From Lama guanicoe (lineage: Eukaryota): 64,000 bases of DNA. Position numbers and translations under genes: made by a program. Shown piece after piece: positions 12,001-24,030 of this stretch (the stretch's first letter is position 1; the number at the start of each line of letters is the position of its first letter). Location of the stretch: assembly GCA_013239625.1 (NCBI GenBank), contig MU057102.1, positions 3,677,782 to 3,741,781 on the forward strand, read 5' to 3'. A model generated the notes under the pieces. It ran no database searches, had not been told where the DNA came from, and saw nothing but the letters and a program-made list of their open reading frames with translations.

Positions 12001-15000
12001 CTGGCCCCACGGGTCCTGCCCCAGGCCCCTCGGGGAAGGTCGCCTGGAGTCAAGGAAGGTGTGGTGGGGGGATGGAAGAAGGGGTCTCAAGCCCTCCACA
12101 CCCTCATGCACACTCACACATGTCCATGTGCACATGCATAAACCCACGTGTATGCACACTCAGGTGTTCACACGCACTCATGTGCACCGTGCACCCCCAT
12201 CCGCAGCCCCCGGCTGCCCTGGATGGGACTGGCAGAGAGGACAGTGCTCCCAGGTGGGTTCTGCTAAACCACCCACTCTCCAGCCCTGGGGTGAAGGGAC
12301 AAGCTTGGCTGCTCCAAGGATGGACCACAGACCCCATGAGGGCTCTGGGGAGTGTCAAGGAGCACGGTAGGTTATGGGCCAGCCCCCCAGCCAGCCAGAC
12401 CTTGCCCCCACCATCCACCCTCAGTGCTTGTCTGGGGCCAGAAGAGAAGGAGAGAAAGGAGTGTGGGGTGAGAGACCAACGACAGGCCATTCTCAGCCTG
12501 GAGTAGGGGATGCCCAGGGCTACCCAGGGCTGCCCAAGACCTGTGCTCAGGCTGAGGTCACCAAACGAGGGTGCGGGGGCAGGGCCATGGCTGAGGGCTC
12601 CCGGAGGAGCATGCAGGGTAGGCGACGGGGTGTGGGTTTCCAGGCCCATATTCCTGGGACCCGCTACCCCTCCTGGACGCCCAGCTGTGCCCACCGGGCC
12701 CCTCCCGGGAGCGAACCCCTCTGTCTCCTTGGCCAGGCCGGGCCTGGCGTCCGCGGGGGCCCTGGCGGCCAGGGCTGCTGGCTGGCGCCCCCCCTCATTT
12801 CCTCTTGGCCCGCAGGCTCCAGGCGGCGCAGGAACAAAGGGTGGATTGTGCCTCGTTCTGGGCCTGCTCCATGGCCCCTGCTGCCCCTGCCGGGCCCCCG
12901 GGGCGACGTTTGTGTTTGTAGCCAAGAAAGGCTCCTCCAGCCAACCTGCGAGGGCTCAGTGAGCAGACGGCAGAGGGCCCCAGCCACAGGCCGGGAACCT
13001 GGGAGCCCATTCCAGGCCAAGCTGGCCCTCTGCCCTCCCTTCCAGCTCTGCAAGTCCAGCGGCAGAAGCCGGGGGTGGGGGGGCCTCAGCCGTGCCGGCC
13101 CTGAACCTTCTATGGAGACACCTCCTGCCACCAGCCCCAGCTCCTGCCCAACCCAGGCCCCCCATGTCCTGGGACGCCCACCATCAGGCTGTCCACCCTG
13201 CTGGTCCAGAGCAAACACCTCCCACTGTCTGTCCTTTGCCAGGCCTCCCCTGTCACCAGGCACCAGGGGATGCCCAATGCTCAGTGCTGGCTTCGGGGGG
13301 CACAAGGGGCCAGGCCTCTTGGTTTCCAAGAGGGCAGGGAAGAGGCAGAGGAATGGCAGCCCGAATTCTGCCTCCAGCAGCCCCTCCCACCAAGCATTTA
13401 TTGAATGCCAGTGTGTGCAGGTGTGGGCCCAGAGCCCCAGCCCTCCAGAGCCCACAGATGGGGACACTGGCATGGGACAGACAGTCCAAGGCAAATGCCA
13501 TCCCATTTTCCAGTCGGGCCCAGGTTCCTGTGGCTGCAGCCCTCCCAGCAGGCAGCCTAGTCCTGCCTGGCTGGCACCTCCCTCAGGACACTCTGACAGA
13601 GCAGGGATGTGCTCCAAGTCGTCCCCCAGAACCATGGGGCTGGTGGGCGGCTCAAAGCAGTCCCTGACAACGTCTGCACCTCAGCCACAGGAGCCCAGAG
13701 ATGCAGGGATGGCAGAGTGGGGGCACTGTCCTCAGCCAGAGAGGGAGCTGAGCCCAGGGCTGGGGTCCCAGTGCGACTCAGGTCACCCTGCCATGCCCCC
13801 TCAAGATGCCCAGAGGCCTCTGCCCTGGGGCGTGCCCCCTTCCTCCCGCTCCCTCCCCCACTCACACTGTTGGTTTAGCTCTGGCTGCCGCCGTCAAAGG
13901 AGCTTTGTGGCCGAGAGTGGAGCCGGTGCCGATGATCTTGGAGGGACTCCAGGAACGAACAGTAGAGGATGGCTTTTGGAAGAAAGTGGGAAAAAAATAG
14001 AGGAAAAAGTTGTGAAGGACCAAGGAATTTGCCTCTGCGGAGCCCGGTGCCGCCCCAAGCCCGCCCCACCCCTTGCTGGGCCTGCGTCCAGGCTGAGCGC
14101 CTGGGCTGCCCCCTGGGCCGCTCTGTGCATCCTGAGGCCAGGCCAGAGTTGCCTCCTATCCATGCGGTCACCCAGGACTCCCACCAGCCCCTGAGCCAGG
14201 TGCCTCTCCTCCGTGCCGCCGATGAGGAGGGCGAGGGCCGGGGTGGCTGGGTAGCTCCCTGAGGCCTCGTGATACAGAGAAGCCACCAGCGCCAGGAGGC
14301 TCAGCCTGTGCGCTCTTGGTGGGAGGTGCTGCCTGGGGCACTGCCCAGGCTGCGTAGGGCCCAGGGAGGGTTGGGACTGAGGTCCTGGATCCTTACAGCC
14401 CAGGGCCAGAAAGTGGGTAGGACAGCGACCCCCAGGACCCCCACCTTCCCGCCCCTACATCAGAGGGTCAGAGCCAGGCCAAGCCGCTGCAGTTGACCGC
14501 TACACTTTCTGCCAGATGCTGGGCCACACAGGGGTCCTCCGGGAGGCTGGCAGTGCCCTCCCTGTGAGACAGGGAGGGCGGGTGGCAGGTAGGGAGTGCT
14601 CTGCAGCCACTGAGAGCTCACTGTCCCTGGCTCACCAGGTCTTGCCCGAAGCTAGGTGACTCCCAAGCTCTCGGTGATATACACCCACCCCAAACCAGGT
14701 TCTCAGGGCACGGCCGAGGGGAGGGTCTCAGCAGGGAGTGGGCAGCTCCAGTGCTGCCCCTGCTGGAGGGGTTCCCGAAAAGGCCACTGGGCAGAGGAAG
14801 GCCAGGAGTCTGGGTGGGACCCACTGCCCACCCCTCACCTTGAGCTTGGGGAGGAGAGTGTCCACAGTGGGCACCCACTCTCACCAGGGCCTCCCTCTCG
14901 CAGCCCCCCTGCACTGCCTCCCATCAGGGTGGACACTACTGTGGGAGGGCTTCCACCTCCTAGCAGAGACTCCCAGCTGCTGGTCTTGGCCCTCCCTGCA

Positions 15001-18000
15001 TAGAGCCCCCAGGCCCTGGGACCCTCAGAGGTGAGTGGAGACTTCTGGAGTCCAAAGCCCGGGCACTGGGGCCAAGACGTCCCCTGCCTGTCCCACTCTC
15101 CCAGGCTGCAAGTGTCCTTCCAAGGCCCAGGGAGGGCATTCTGGGGATGCAGGGAGTTTGGCTCAGCCTTTGTCCCAGCCAGACCCTCTCCCCACCCTAC
15201 CAGTGACTCAGGGTAAGCTGGCGCCCGCCCCTGCGGCCAGCTGTTGACAGCTGTCACCACCTGCCGGCCCAGGGCCAGATGCCGCTGGGCTGTCGGAGTG
15301 GGGGTGGGGCGTGCGGCTGCCTGGTTGCCGGGGGCCTCCTCCTCGCACCCAGCCCCTTACCTGGGCTGCTGCAGACCCTTAATTAGTCCCCCCGCCCCAT
15401 CTTGGGATCAAGTGTGTGTCTCAGTCCAGCCACCATGTAGAATGGACATCTGGTCCGGACCTGAGTTCGCCTTTCCTGAGCTCCCCCTGTAAATGAGTGC
15501 TCGGTGCAGCCAGGCTGGCATGCACGCCCTCCCCAGGACTGGGCCGTGGGGCATCTGGTGGGTCCCTCAGAACTGCCTTTCTGCCTCTCAGCTCAGCCTC
15601 CCAGACTCAGCCCAGCCTCTGGGGGGATGGAGACAATCCCTGTGGCCCAGGAGAGAGGCGGGAGCAAGGCCAGGGTAGCACTGGGCCCGGATGGGGGGGC
15701 GGGGGAGGCAATGTGTGTGCTCAGCCCCCGGACCTGGCTGCGACCCCACCAGGCCTGAACCGAACACTCTGCCTTGTCACCCCAGACAAACGCCAGAGTC
15801 AAGATCCCCCAAAAGGAACCAGCCCGCTCCTCAAGAAGCAGGCGGGTGCCGAGGGCCCCCTGCTGGAGCAGAGTCTGTGCTGGCAGAGCCCCTGCCCCCA
15901 GCTCCCGGAGGTGCCCAGGATGAGGGTGTGAGAGGCCTGGGCCCGGGGGGCAGTGCCCTGTGGTGGACGGCACACCAGGCCACTGCCAGCTGCTGCCCAG
16001 CAGAGGAACATCTGGGGGTGGGTTCTTGAGCCCACTGGGCATGACCCCAAGTGACCCCCGGCAGCACAGCCAGAAAAAGCTGTTGGAAGCGGCAGGCCCA
16101 GGGCTCCACCAGGGGCCGCCCCCTGGGCGGTCTCCACAGGAGAAGCCCAAGTGGGAGGCAGGTCCTACCTCCAGTGCTCCTGTGTCCCCAGGCTGGGGGA
16201 CCTGGACCGGCTCCCACCTTGGGTCACTGAAGGGTGCTGGCCTGGGTGGGAGGCCGAGCCTCTCTTCCATGGACAATGACAGTGCAGAGATCAGGGTGCC
16301 TGCGGTGGGGGTGTCAGGGTTGTGGAGGCCTCTGACCCAAGGCAGGACAGAAAAGAGCTCAGCAGGGCAGGCGTGGAGGTGGGGGAGGCCTTGGGCGGGG
16401 CCGACAGGATGGGGGATGGCTGCATGGACCTTCACACTGTCCCCCCGAACCTGTCCCAGTGACTGTCTGGTCCCCCAGGCCTGGGCAGCTGAGAACGGGC
16501 ACCGGGTGTGGTCAGCACCGAGCACGGAGGGAGCCCCCAGCTGCCAGGCCCAGCCCTGCCCCACTCCTCCACCTGATTAGCAGCCTTGGCCCCTGCCCAC
16601 CAGACACAGCAGGGTCTCTGGGACACACCAGGTGCTGGTGCCAGGCATAGGGGCTGCTTCCCTGCAGACCAGCCCAGCCCACCCCAGGGGCCTGACACCT
16701 CGCACAGGCTTGGCCCTGGGGGAGTCCTCATCCCTGTGCCCACCCCGAGCAGCCCCTCCCACAAGCCCGCCGGTCCCAGTGTAGCCCAGCCTGTGCCCTG
16801 GGTCCAGGCAAGGGCAGCTAGGGATGCTGGCCTCTCAGCCCCTCAGTGCCAGCCCCTCCATCCTACCCCAGCTTCTGCAGCGGCAGGTCCAGGCCCCTGC
16901 AAGCCCTCTGCAGCCTGGCCAGTGCCTGCAGGTCCCCGACCCCAGACCCCGAGTCCCAGGTTGAATCTGTGCTGTGTAGGGTGTCTCTCTCCTGAGTCCC
17001 GACTGCATGTCCCATGTGCCTGTCCCCTTTCCTGTGTCCTACATCCTGCGTTCCTGTACCAGGTCCCCAGTCCTGGTCCCAGGACGAAGCTCTGATCTCC
17101 CTCCAGGCCCTCCCGACCCAGGCCCGTGGGGGTGGGGCTGTCCCATGTCCCCCTCATCCTCGGGCTCTGTGGCCCTGCCCGATCCCTGGACATCAGCCGC
17201 AGGCCCCCCCGCTCTGGGACAGCTGCAGAAGGCTGTCGCTGTCCCTTTGAAGCCAGCAGGGCTGGGCAGCAGAGGCGGGAGTGAGAGGGAAGCAGTCACA
17301 CCGAGGGCGGCAGAGCCTGGGCTGCCCTTTCAAGTTTGCCGAGCTTCAAGGGAACCAGCTATCAGCGCCCAGGAAGGGATCAGGGGAGGTGCTGGCCAGG
17401 CTCAGCACCTGGGGCTCCACCCTCCCAGCGCCCCCCTTACCCAGCTCCAGGCTCCCCTACCGTGGACATCGGGAGCCTCCTCCCCAGATGGCCCTCAGAC
17501 CCTGGCCTTGGGGTCACTCCGAGAGCGCAGCTGATTCCCTTCCTCTACCTCAGGACCCAGAGCCCCCAGAACAGGGCCCAGGCCCCACTCCCCCCTCACA
17601 AGGGAAGCCCCAGAGCTGGGGCCTGGAGGCAGCTGTGCTCCTGTAGGTGGGCCACCATCACATTGGTGGCGGCTCACTGGTCTTTGTGCCTGTGGCCAAG
17701 GGCACATCAGGGCCTGGCTTTGGTGTCTGTGAAGGGGCAACCACGGAGGGGCATGGGAAGCCCAGGGCCTGGCCTCTCAGAGCCCAGGAGTCGTGGCCCT
17801 GACCATGTGCCCCTCCCTGGTGGGCCTCTGGGCTCCCCCTGGCCCTTCTGCGCCCATGGACCCTCCCCTTGGCCCCGCCTGCCACCTGGCCCCTCCTGCC
17901 ACCTGGCCCCGCCCACTCAGGCTCCCCTCGGCCCTACCCTCAAGCCCCTGCCTCCTCCATGAGTGGGCTTTCCTCTGTGGGTGGCCTGGGAGCCCCCCAA

Positions 18001-20344
18001 AGGGGCGGGGCACCAGGGGGACAGAAAGCCTGGTCAGATGGGGGTTGGGCACAGGGGCTGATCAGTTGGCAGGCCAGTGAACAGTCTGCTAGGCAGACTT
18101 CGCACGGCGAGGCTGGCCCTGGGAGCCTCGGGCCTGCAAGGCTAGGGTGCAGGGCGCCCCATCTTTTAGACACCCTGCCAACGCGCAGCATGGTGAGGAC
18201 ACACCCTTCTGCCCTGCGGCCCCAGCCCCCACAGGGGGGCGGTGGGAACTTCCAGCCCAGGTGCAGGAGGCAGGATGGCCTGTGTGCCCCTCTGCAATTT
18301 GGGGACCCTGCAGTCGTGGGGATAGGAGCTGAGGTCGGGGGGCATCCAGTGGGCACTAAAATCACACAGGAGTCTTGGAAGTGTCAGCTGGAGACAGACC
18401 AGGGAGACGCAGGAGGGGGCCTGCTGCTGCAGACTGGGAGGCTGGGGGAGAAGGGTCTGGAAGCCGCAGGGGGAACAGGGAGGAGATGGTCCACCCTCCA
18501 GGAAGCCTTTGAGACCCTCCCAGGTTGCCCTCCTACCCCCATACTCCCAGGGCAGGAAGCTGTACTGTGGGAGGGGGCTTGGCTAAGGTCTCTGAGCTCC
18601 AGGGTGTAGCGGGCCAGTAATGGGGGCTAGGGCTGGTGGGAGTGGGGACAGCCGGACGAGGGTAGGTCTGCTTGTCTTCCACAGGGTCCCCCTGCCCTGC
18701 CCAGGGCCCTACTATAGCTGTAGAATGACCATCCCATCAGAACCTCTCCCTCCTGAAATGCTGCTGGGGGGTGGGCCCAGGGCCGCAGGTCTCAGAACTG
18801 CAATCCCCAGCCCTGCACGCCTGTCCGGCTGAGAGAGTGGTCCTGGGGGTGGGCAGGTCATCAACCCTCCACAGACTTCCCTGGGGCAGAGGATGAGTGT
18901 CCCCACGTGAGCCCATGTGGACAGCACTGGACCTCAGGCCAAGGGTACAAGGTTGGGAGTCCCAGAGTCCCCTTTGAGGTTCTTGCGGACTGTACCCTCA
19001 AGGGTGCCCACCCCTATGCCTGTGCTCTGGGGAGGGAGCAGTTCATCTCCTATGACCTAAAGATGGCCCACTGCCCGAGGCCTCCCCTCCACTCGAGGTT
19101 CCCCCTCTCTGCACCCCTCCCCCCTCAAACTGAAACCCAACCAGACATGGGCTGCAGCCTGTCTTGTCTGGGGAACATCTGTTCAGTCACCAGCTGTGGG
19201 CTGCCTGCAGCCCCTTGGTATCCAGGCGTGCACACATGCACGTCCACACGCTTGCACACACACACACAAACACATGCAGATACAGGCACCACTCCCTAGG
19301 CCACTGCAGGAGGGCTCTCCACAGCCAGCCAGGGTCCAGATCTCCCATGGTGTCCCCTGTCAGTGGCCTCCATCATCTGGAGGCCACTGGCCCTGCTCTA
19401 AGTGTGGTCACTGCCCATGGAGTCAGGACACCCCAGTGGGGCTTCCCTCAGGGCCAGCCCCTGCCTGCCTGGGAACAGGAGTGGCGTCCACCCTGGAAGG
19501 CCAGAGGATGGGGGGATGTTGAGGACAGGGGACCCCATTCTGCATTCACGGGAGCCCTAGTGGTGGAGGGGACAGTGGACCCAGCCCTGGGAGCCTAGCG
19601 GAGGCAGAGGGGGCAGCACCTCATTGTGGGAGTGGAGGAGACACTCAGCCCTAACCCGGGGACCAGCAGTTCTTGGGTGGGACGGTCAGGCGGAGCCCAT
19701 GCTTCTTTCCTGAAGCGCAAAGAAGCTGCGGTGGCTGGGGCAGTGCTCAGGACACAGCAAGGCCTCACCCCTCCCTTGGACCTTCCGACACTGTCACGCA
19801 GGAGCTTTGCTAAATTCGCACACGTTATCTTACTGCTTTTCTTGAAAGGCTCCAGAACCTCTGGGCCAGAGGAAGCCCAACCCCTGCGTGCTGGCCGAGG
19901 GGGTCAGAGCCTCAGTTTCCCCATCTGGAGACTGAGACCACGGTTGTACCACCCTAGGTGGACAGAGACTGGGTCACCTGGGTAAAGGCAACAATACAGC
20001 CATTGCCCGTCTCCCCACTAAGGCCACCCAGTTAACCCCAGGTTGCGGTGGGGAGAAGCAGAGGCCTGAGGGCTGCAGGGGCCACGCCCGTAGAGGGGCA
20101 CCCACAGGGCCAGGTGTGCAGGACTCTGGCCTGCGTGGGAGGGTGTGCAGGTGCACGGGGAAGACTCCTTCTGCTCGGGGGCCCTGATGGCGGGCCCTGG
20201 GGACCCAAGGTCTCAGCCTCGGAGCCTAAGCCCTGGCAATGGGGCTCCTGAGAGCCTCCTCTGCTCCCGATTCTGGAACCCAGTCTGGTCACAGGCACAT
20301 ACGCATGTACACATGCATGCACACGCAGACACACCAGCTTAGAG

Positions 20345-20992
20345 AGAAAGGATGCACATTTTCTTGTTTAACAAAATAAATTAAATATACGAAGCTTCAG
20401 CTCAAACTCTATATAAAATTACAGAGGTCTGGGGCCACCACAGGGAGTAGGGTGATGGGTGCCCGGTCCCGGGTGGACATCAGTGTGGCCACAGGGCTAG
20501 GCGGGTCCTGGGCCCCAGGAGAGGCCGAATCTCTGCGGCCACACCCTCCTCTCATCATTATTAATATTATCTTAATTTCTTAAATATAAATATCAAGGGC
20601 CCCTTCCCTCTGGCAGTGGGAGGCCGGGTGGGGCAGGAGCCACCCCCAGCCGGCTCCAGCCTCTCTGGGCAGGGCCCTGGACTGCTACATGTGACCCCCC
20701 CTGCCCAGGGTACTGGTGGACTCCTGGACACCCGGACAGGTGGTGGCAAAAATAGCCGGGGCAGGGACACAGGCGGGCAGGCGTAGGGAAGGGGTCGGAG
20801 TTTTTGGTTCACAAAGCCAGGGTGCCTCTCAGATCTCCTGCCAGGCCGGGGTTGGGGGGTGATCATGGCCCCTATGAAATCCTTCCCACGGGGCCAAGGG
20901 ATTCCTTCATGAGCTAGCCCATTGCTACATGCGCACTGCAAATTACAACACAGACCTTCCCAAGGGCTGCTTAGTCTGAGAGTGTGTGTGTG

Positions 20993-21025
<33 letters not shown>

Positions 21026-21213
21026 CTCCGTGTGTGTGTCCAGAGGTATGTCGTGCATGTATGTGCGTCTGTGTGTGTGTGTGTGCCTCACTCGGGGCAC
21101 CTCTCACCTGTGGTCCATCTCCCTCAGTGGCCCTCTCGCCCCAGCCTGGGCCCCCTCCAGCCCATCCCAGGCACCCGGAGCTCTGGTGGGCGGGCGTCGG
21201 AAAGCTGCACCCT
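20345..21213 (-). other. FGFRL1: FGFRL1 3'UTR (3' end approximate)
   Basis: Follows the stop codon and contains a CA-rich tract. AU-rich blocks at about 20555-20595 and 20345-20425 resemble the mammalian FGFRL1 mRNA end as I recall it. No canonical minus-strand AATAAA seen. Confidence 0.6.
20982..21085. repeat. Interrupted (TG)n/(CA)n microsatellite in FGFRL1 3'UTR
   Basis: Directly visible tgtgtgtg runs. Confidence 0.95.
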
Positions 21214-21656
21214 CTAGCACTGGTAGTGGATGTGCTGATGCTGGTGGACCTTGCCCTCCACATGTGAGTGTGTGTGTGAGTGCGTGTGAGTGAGCGTGTC
21301 AGTGTAGAGTTTGGGGTAAAGCTTGGGGCCAGCAGCTGAGCCCAGGCCCAGCAGATGCTGAGGGGCTGCCGGGGGCCCGAGGTCCTCACAAAGCCCCACA
21401 CCAGAGGTGGCGGTGAGGGTGGTGGGGGCGGGCAGGTCCTTGTCCCCGCTGCGGTCACGAGCCGTCATGGGAGCACGGTGTCCCGGCACGGGAGGGGCAG
21501 GCGTGGGAGCACACGGCTTCTTCTTGGCCTGGCAGAGCCACAGGAGCACAGTGCCCAGGATGAAAACGGCGCCGGCTGGGATGCCAATGACCACCGGCCA
21601 TGGGAGGCTAGTGGTCGAGGATGAGGGGGCCACTGGTGGCCCTGGCGGCTTTGGGT
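21214..21656 (-). CDS. FGFRL1: FGFRL1 last coding exon (TM helix, PKLYPKLY motif, His-rich tail, no kinase)
   Basis: DPKPPGPPV...[25 protein letters not shown]...[10 protein letters not shown]...[16 protein letters not shown], then TAG at 21216-21214. Confidence 0.97.
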
Positions 21657-21781
21657 CTGCAGGAGAAGGGGGTGGGAGGGGAACATCACCAGGGATCCGG
21701 TTGGGGGTGCCGGCTGGAGGGCTATGTGGGCGTGGCTCAGGACGAAGGCAGGGCGGGGCAGGAAGGGTGTGGCCCACTCAC

Positions 21782-22135
21782 CAGGAAGCACCGTGAGGAA
21801 GGCGCTGCGGAAGCTGTAGCCCATGGTGTTGGCGCCCAGGCAGATGTACATGCCCGCATCGTCCTGGCGGGCGCGAGTGATGAGCAGCTTGTTGAGGTAG
21901 GAGCCATCGGGCCGCGACCACACGTCGCCCGTGGGCAGCACCACGAACTTCTGGCCACCCACATCGATGGTGGAGTTATAGCGGCCCTCGGCTCCATACT
22001 CCACGCGTTTCAGCCACTGGATCACCGGCTTCACGTCGCTGCGCACTTTGCACTGGAAGGACGTTGTGCCCCCGAAGTCCACCGTCGTGTTCACCGGATG
22101 TGTGCCCGTGAGGACAGGCTTGGAGCGTGTCCGCT
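21782..22135 (-). CDS. FGFRL1: FGFRL1 coding exon 5 (Ig domain 3)
   Basis: [33 protein letters not shown]...[22 protein letters not shown]. 354 nt. Confidence 0.97.
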
Positions 22136-22211
22136 CTGCGCAGGGACACGCATTGGGCACGGCCCCCAGGCGCCAGCCCACCAGCGCCCCCACCCCCGCC
22201 CCCGCACTCAC

Positions 22212-22493
22212 GGATCACGTCCACCTTGTAGGTGGCGTTGATGGCACCGGCGCGGTTCGACACACGGCAGGTATACTTGCCGCTGTCTTCCGGACGCAGG
22301 TTCTTCAGGCTCAGCGTCCACTTCTTCCTGTGCTCTCCAGCCTCGGGGCGCGTCAAGGCCTGGTCATCCTTCATCCACATGATGTCCGGCCGTGGATGCC
22401 CGCTGGCGACGCACTTGAGCCGCACGGAGCTGCCCACGGGCCGTGCAATCACCCGGCGCCTCATCTTGGAGGGCTGTGTGAAGCGGGGCCGAG
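22212..22493 (-). CDS. FGFRL1: FGFRL1 coding exon 4 (Ig domain 2, basic heparin-binding region)
   Basis: [32 protein letters not shown]...[21 protein letters not shown]. 282 nt, AG/GT boundaries. Confidence 0.97.
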
Positions 22494-22577
22494 CTGCGGG
22501 GGAGGCAGAGAGGTCAGGGGGGCACCAGGGGCCCCACCTGGCTGAAAGAAAGTGGTGACATCTGCCCCCATGCTCAC

Positions 22578-22658
22578 CCCACTGTTTGCTGGCTGGGTCT
22601 TCCTGGCCCCCAGGGGAGCCCTCATGCCCCGCACTCTCCCTTCCTGGGCTGGTGTCAT
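22578..22658 (-). CDS. FGFRL1: FGFRL1 coding exon 3 (Ig1-Ig2 linker)
   Basis: ctgcag|AT GAC ACC AGC CCA...CAG TGG G|gtgagc translates as [27 protein letters not shown]. 81 nt, frame preserved. Confidence 0.93.
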
Positions 22659-23757
22659 CTGCAGAGTGGAAAGCGCGTCAGAAGGGCCTCAGCAGCCCCA
22701 AGATCCAGGCATGGCTCCCCAGCCCCCACCCCAGCCCCGGGGCTGGTTCCCAGGCCCAGCCTCAGGCCCGGCTGGGGCAGCTCTAGAGACGCCAGCAGGA
22801 GGCCGTGGGCGCACACCCACATCTCAGAATCCAGAGACAGCTGGGCGAAAGCCACCCACCAGCCCACTCCCTGGGTGCAGGTGACCCCGACAGGCGTGGT
22901 GGGATGGAGAGCTGGCTCTCCCACCCTGGCTCCGAGGGGTCTGCAGGGCCTGGGGGAGGTGGGGGCCCAGCTCAGCCAGCAGCTGCAGTAACCCTAGCCC
23001 ACATCAAGGCGCCGAGGGCCTGGTGAACTGACATGGCCCACATACCGCCTGGTCATCCTCCCCTCTGAAAGGACGGTGGCGGGGGGGTGGACATCCACAG
23101 TACTCCCATTCCACAAGCCAGGGAAGGCCTGTGGGGCCTGGCCAGGGGGTGGGGCACACTGAGGAATGCCCCCTCCCCATGACAGCCGCCACCTCCACCG
23201 GCCCAGGCCGAGGCCAGGCTTTGAGCCCCAACCCAAGAACCCAGTGTTGGGGGGCACGGGTCAGGCTCCTCCTTTGTGCTGCCAGGGAGCCTGCCTCAAG
23301 GGACCCACCCAGAGCCCATGGCGGGGGAAGCTGGGCGCAGTGCCTGGTACCAGTAAGTGGAGGGTGTGTTGCTGGGGGCACTGCCCAGTCCCCAAGCCCA
23401 GACCCCAGAGGCAGAGAACAGAGGCCCTTCGTTCCCAGCGGCTCCTCTGAACTCCGAAACCTGACCCTCAAAGTCATGGCCGACATCAAGGCTGCCATCC
23501 TGCCTGGCCCGCTGGTCTGCCCTTCAGTGGGACCACCACCTGGGGCCCCCAACATCCACCCCTGCAGCCACCCTGGCCGCCAGGTCAGCAGAACCTTTGG
23601 GGAGGAGGGGCCCAGGAGGAAGGGGACCCCTGAGGTGCAGTCTGACGAGGAGGGGCCCGCAAAGGGTGGTGTCCTGGGCTCAGAGGAGGCCGGGCTCGGG
23701 CAGGATGAGGGTGGGGTGTATTGGGCACCACACAGTCCTGCCCCAGCCAGCACTGAC

Positions 23758-24030
23758 CCATCACGATGAGGGTGTAGTTGACGCTGAGGCTGCCGAAGCC
23801 ATTGGTGGCCTTGCACACGTAGGCGCCGGCGTCCTCCCGCTCCACCTCCTTGACCTTCAGCCCCTGTGGCAGCACTCGGAAGCGGCTCCAGCCGCCATGG
23901 ACCGTCCGGCCATCCTTGGTCCACATGGTCAGTGGCGGCGGGTCCCCCTCCACAGGGCACTGCAGCCGAACGGTGCGGCCCAGCCGGGCCACCTGCCGTG
24001 GGACTACCTTGTCTGCCATCCTTGGGGGGC
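23758..24030 (-). CDS. FGFRL1: FGFRL1 coding exon 2 (Ig domain 1)
   Basis: [33 protein letters not shown]...[25 protein letters not shown] boundaries, 273 nt. Confidence 0.97.

Noticed and set aside
17876-17910. Short direct repeats (cctgccacctggcccc x2; also ccctgccctga x2 at about 8811)
   Set aside because: Two-copy slippage duplications with no spacers, not CRISPR-like.
1-20300. RNF212 exons, expected by synteny on the plus strand beyond FGFRL1; overlapping ATTAAA/AATAAA at 776-785
   Set aside because: No peptide recognisable as RNF212. The hexamer alone cannot be assigned to a gene.
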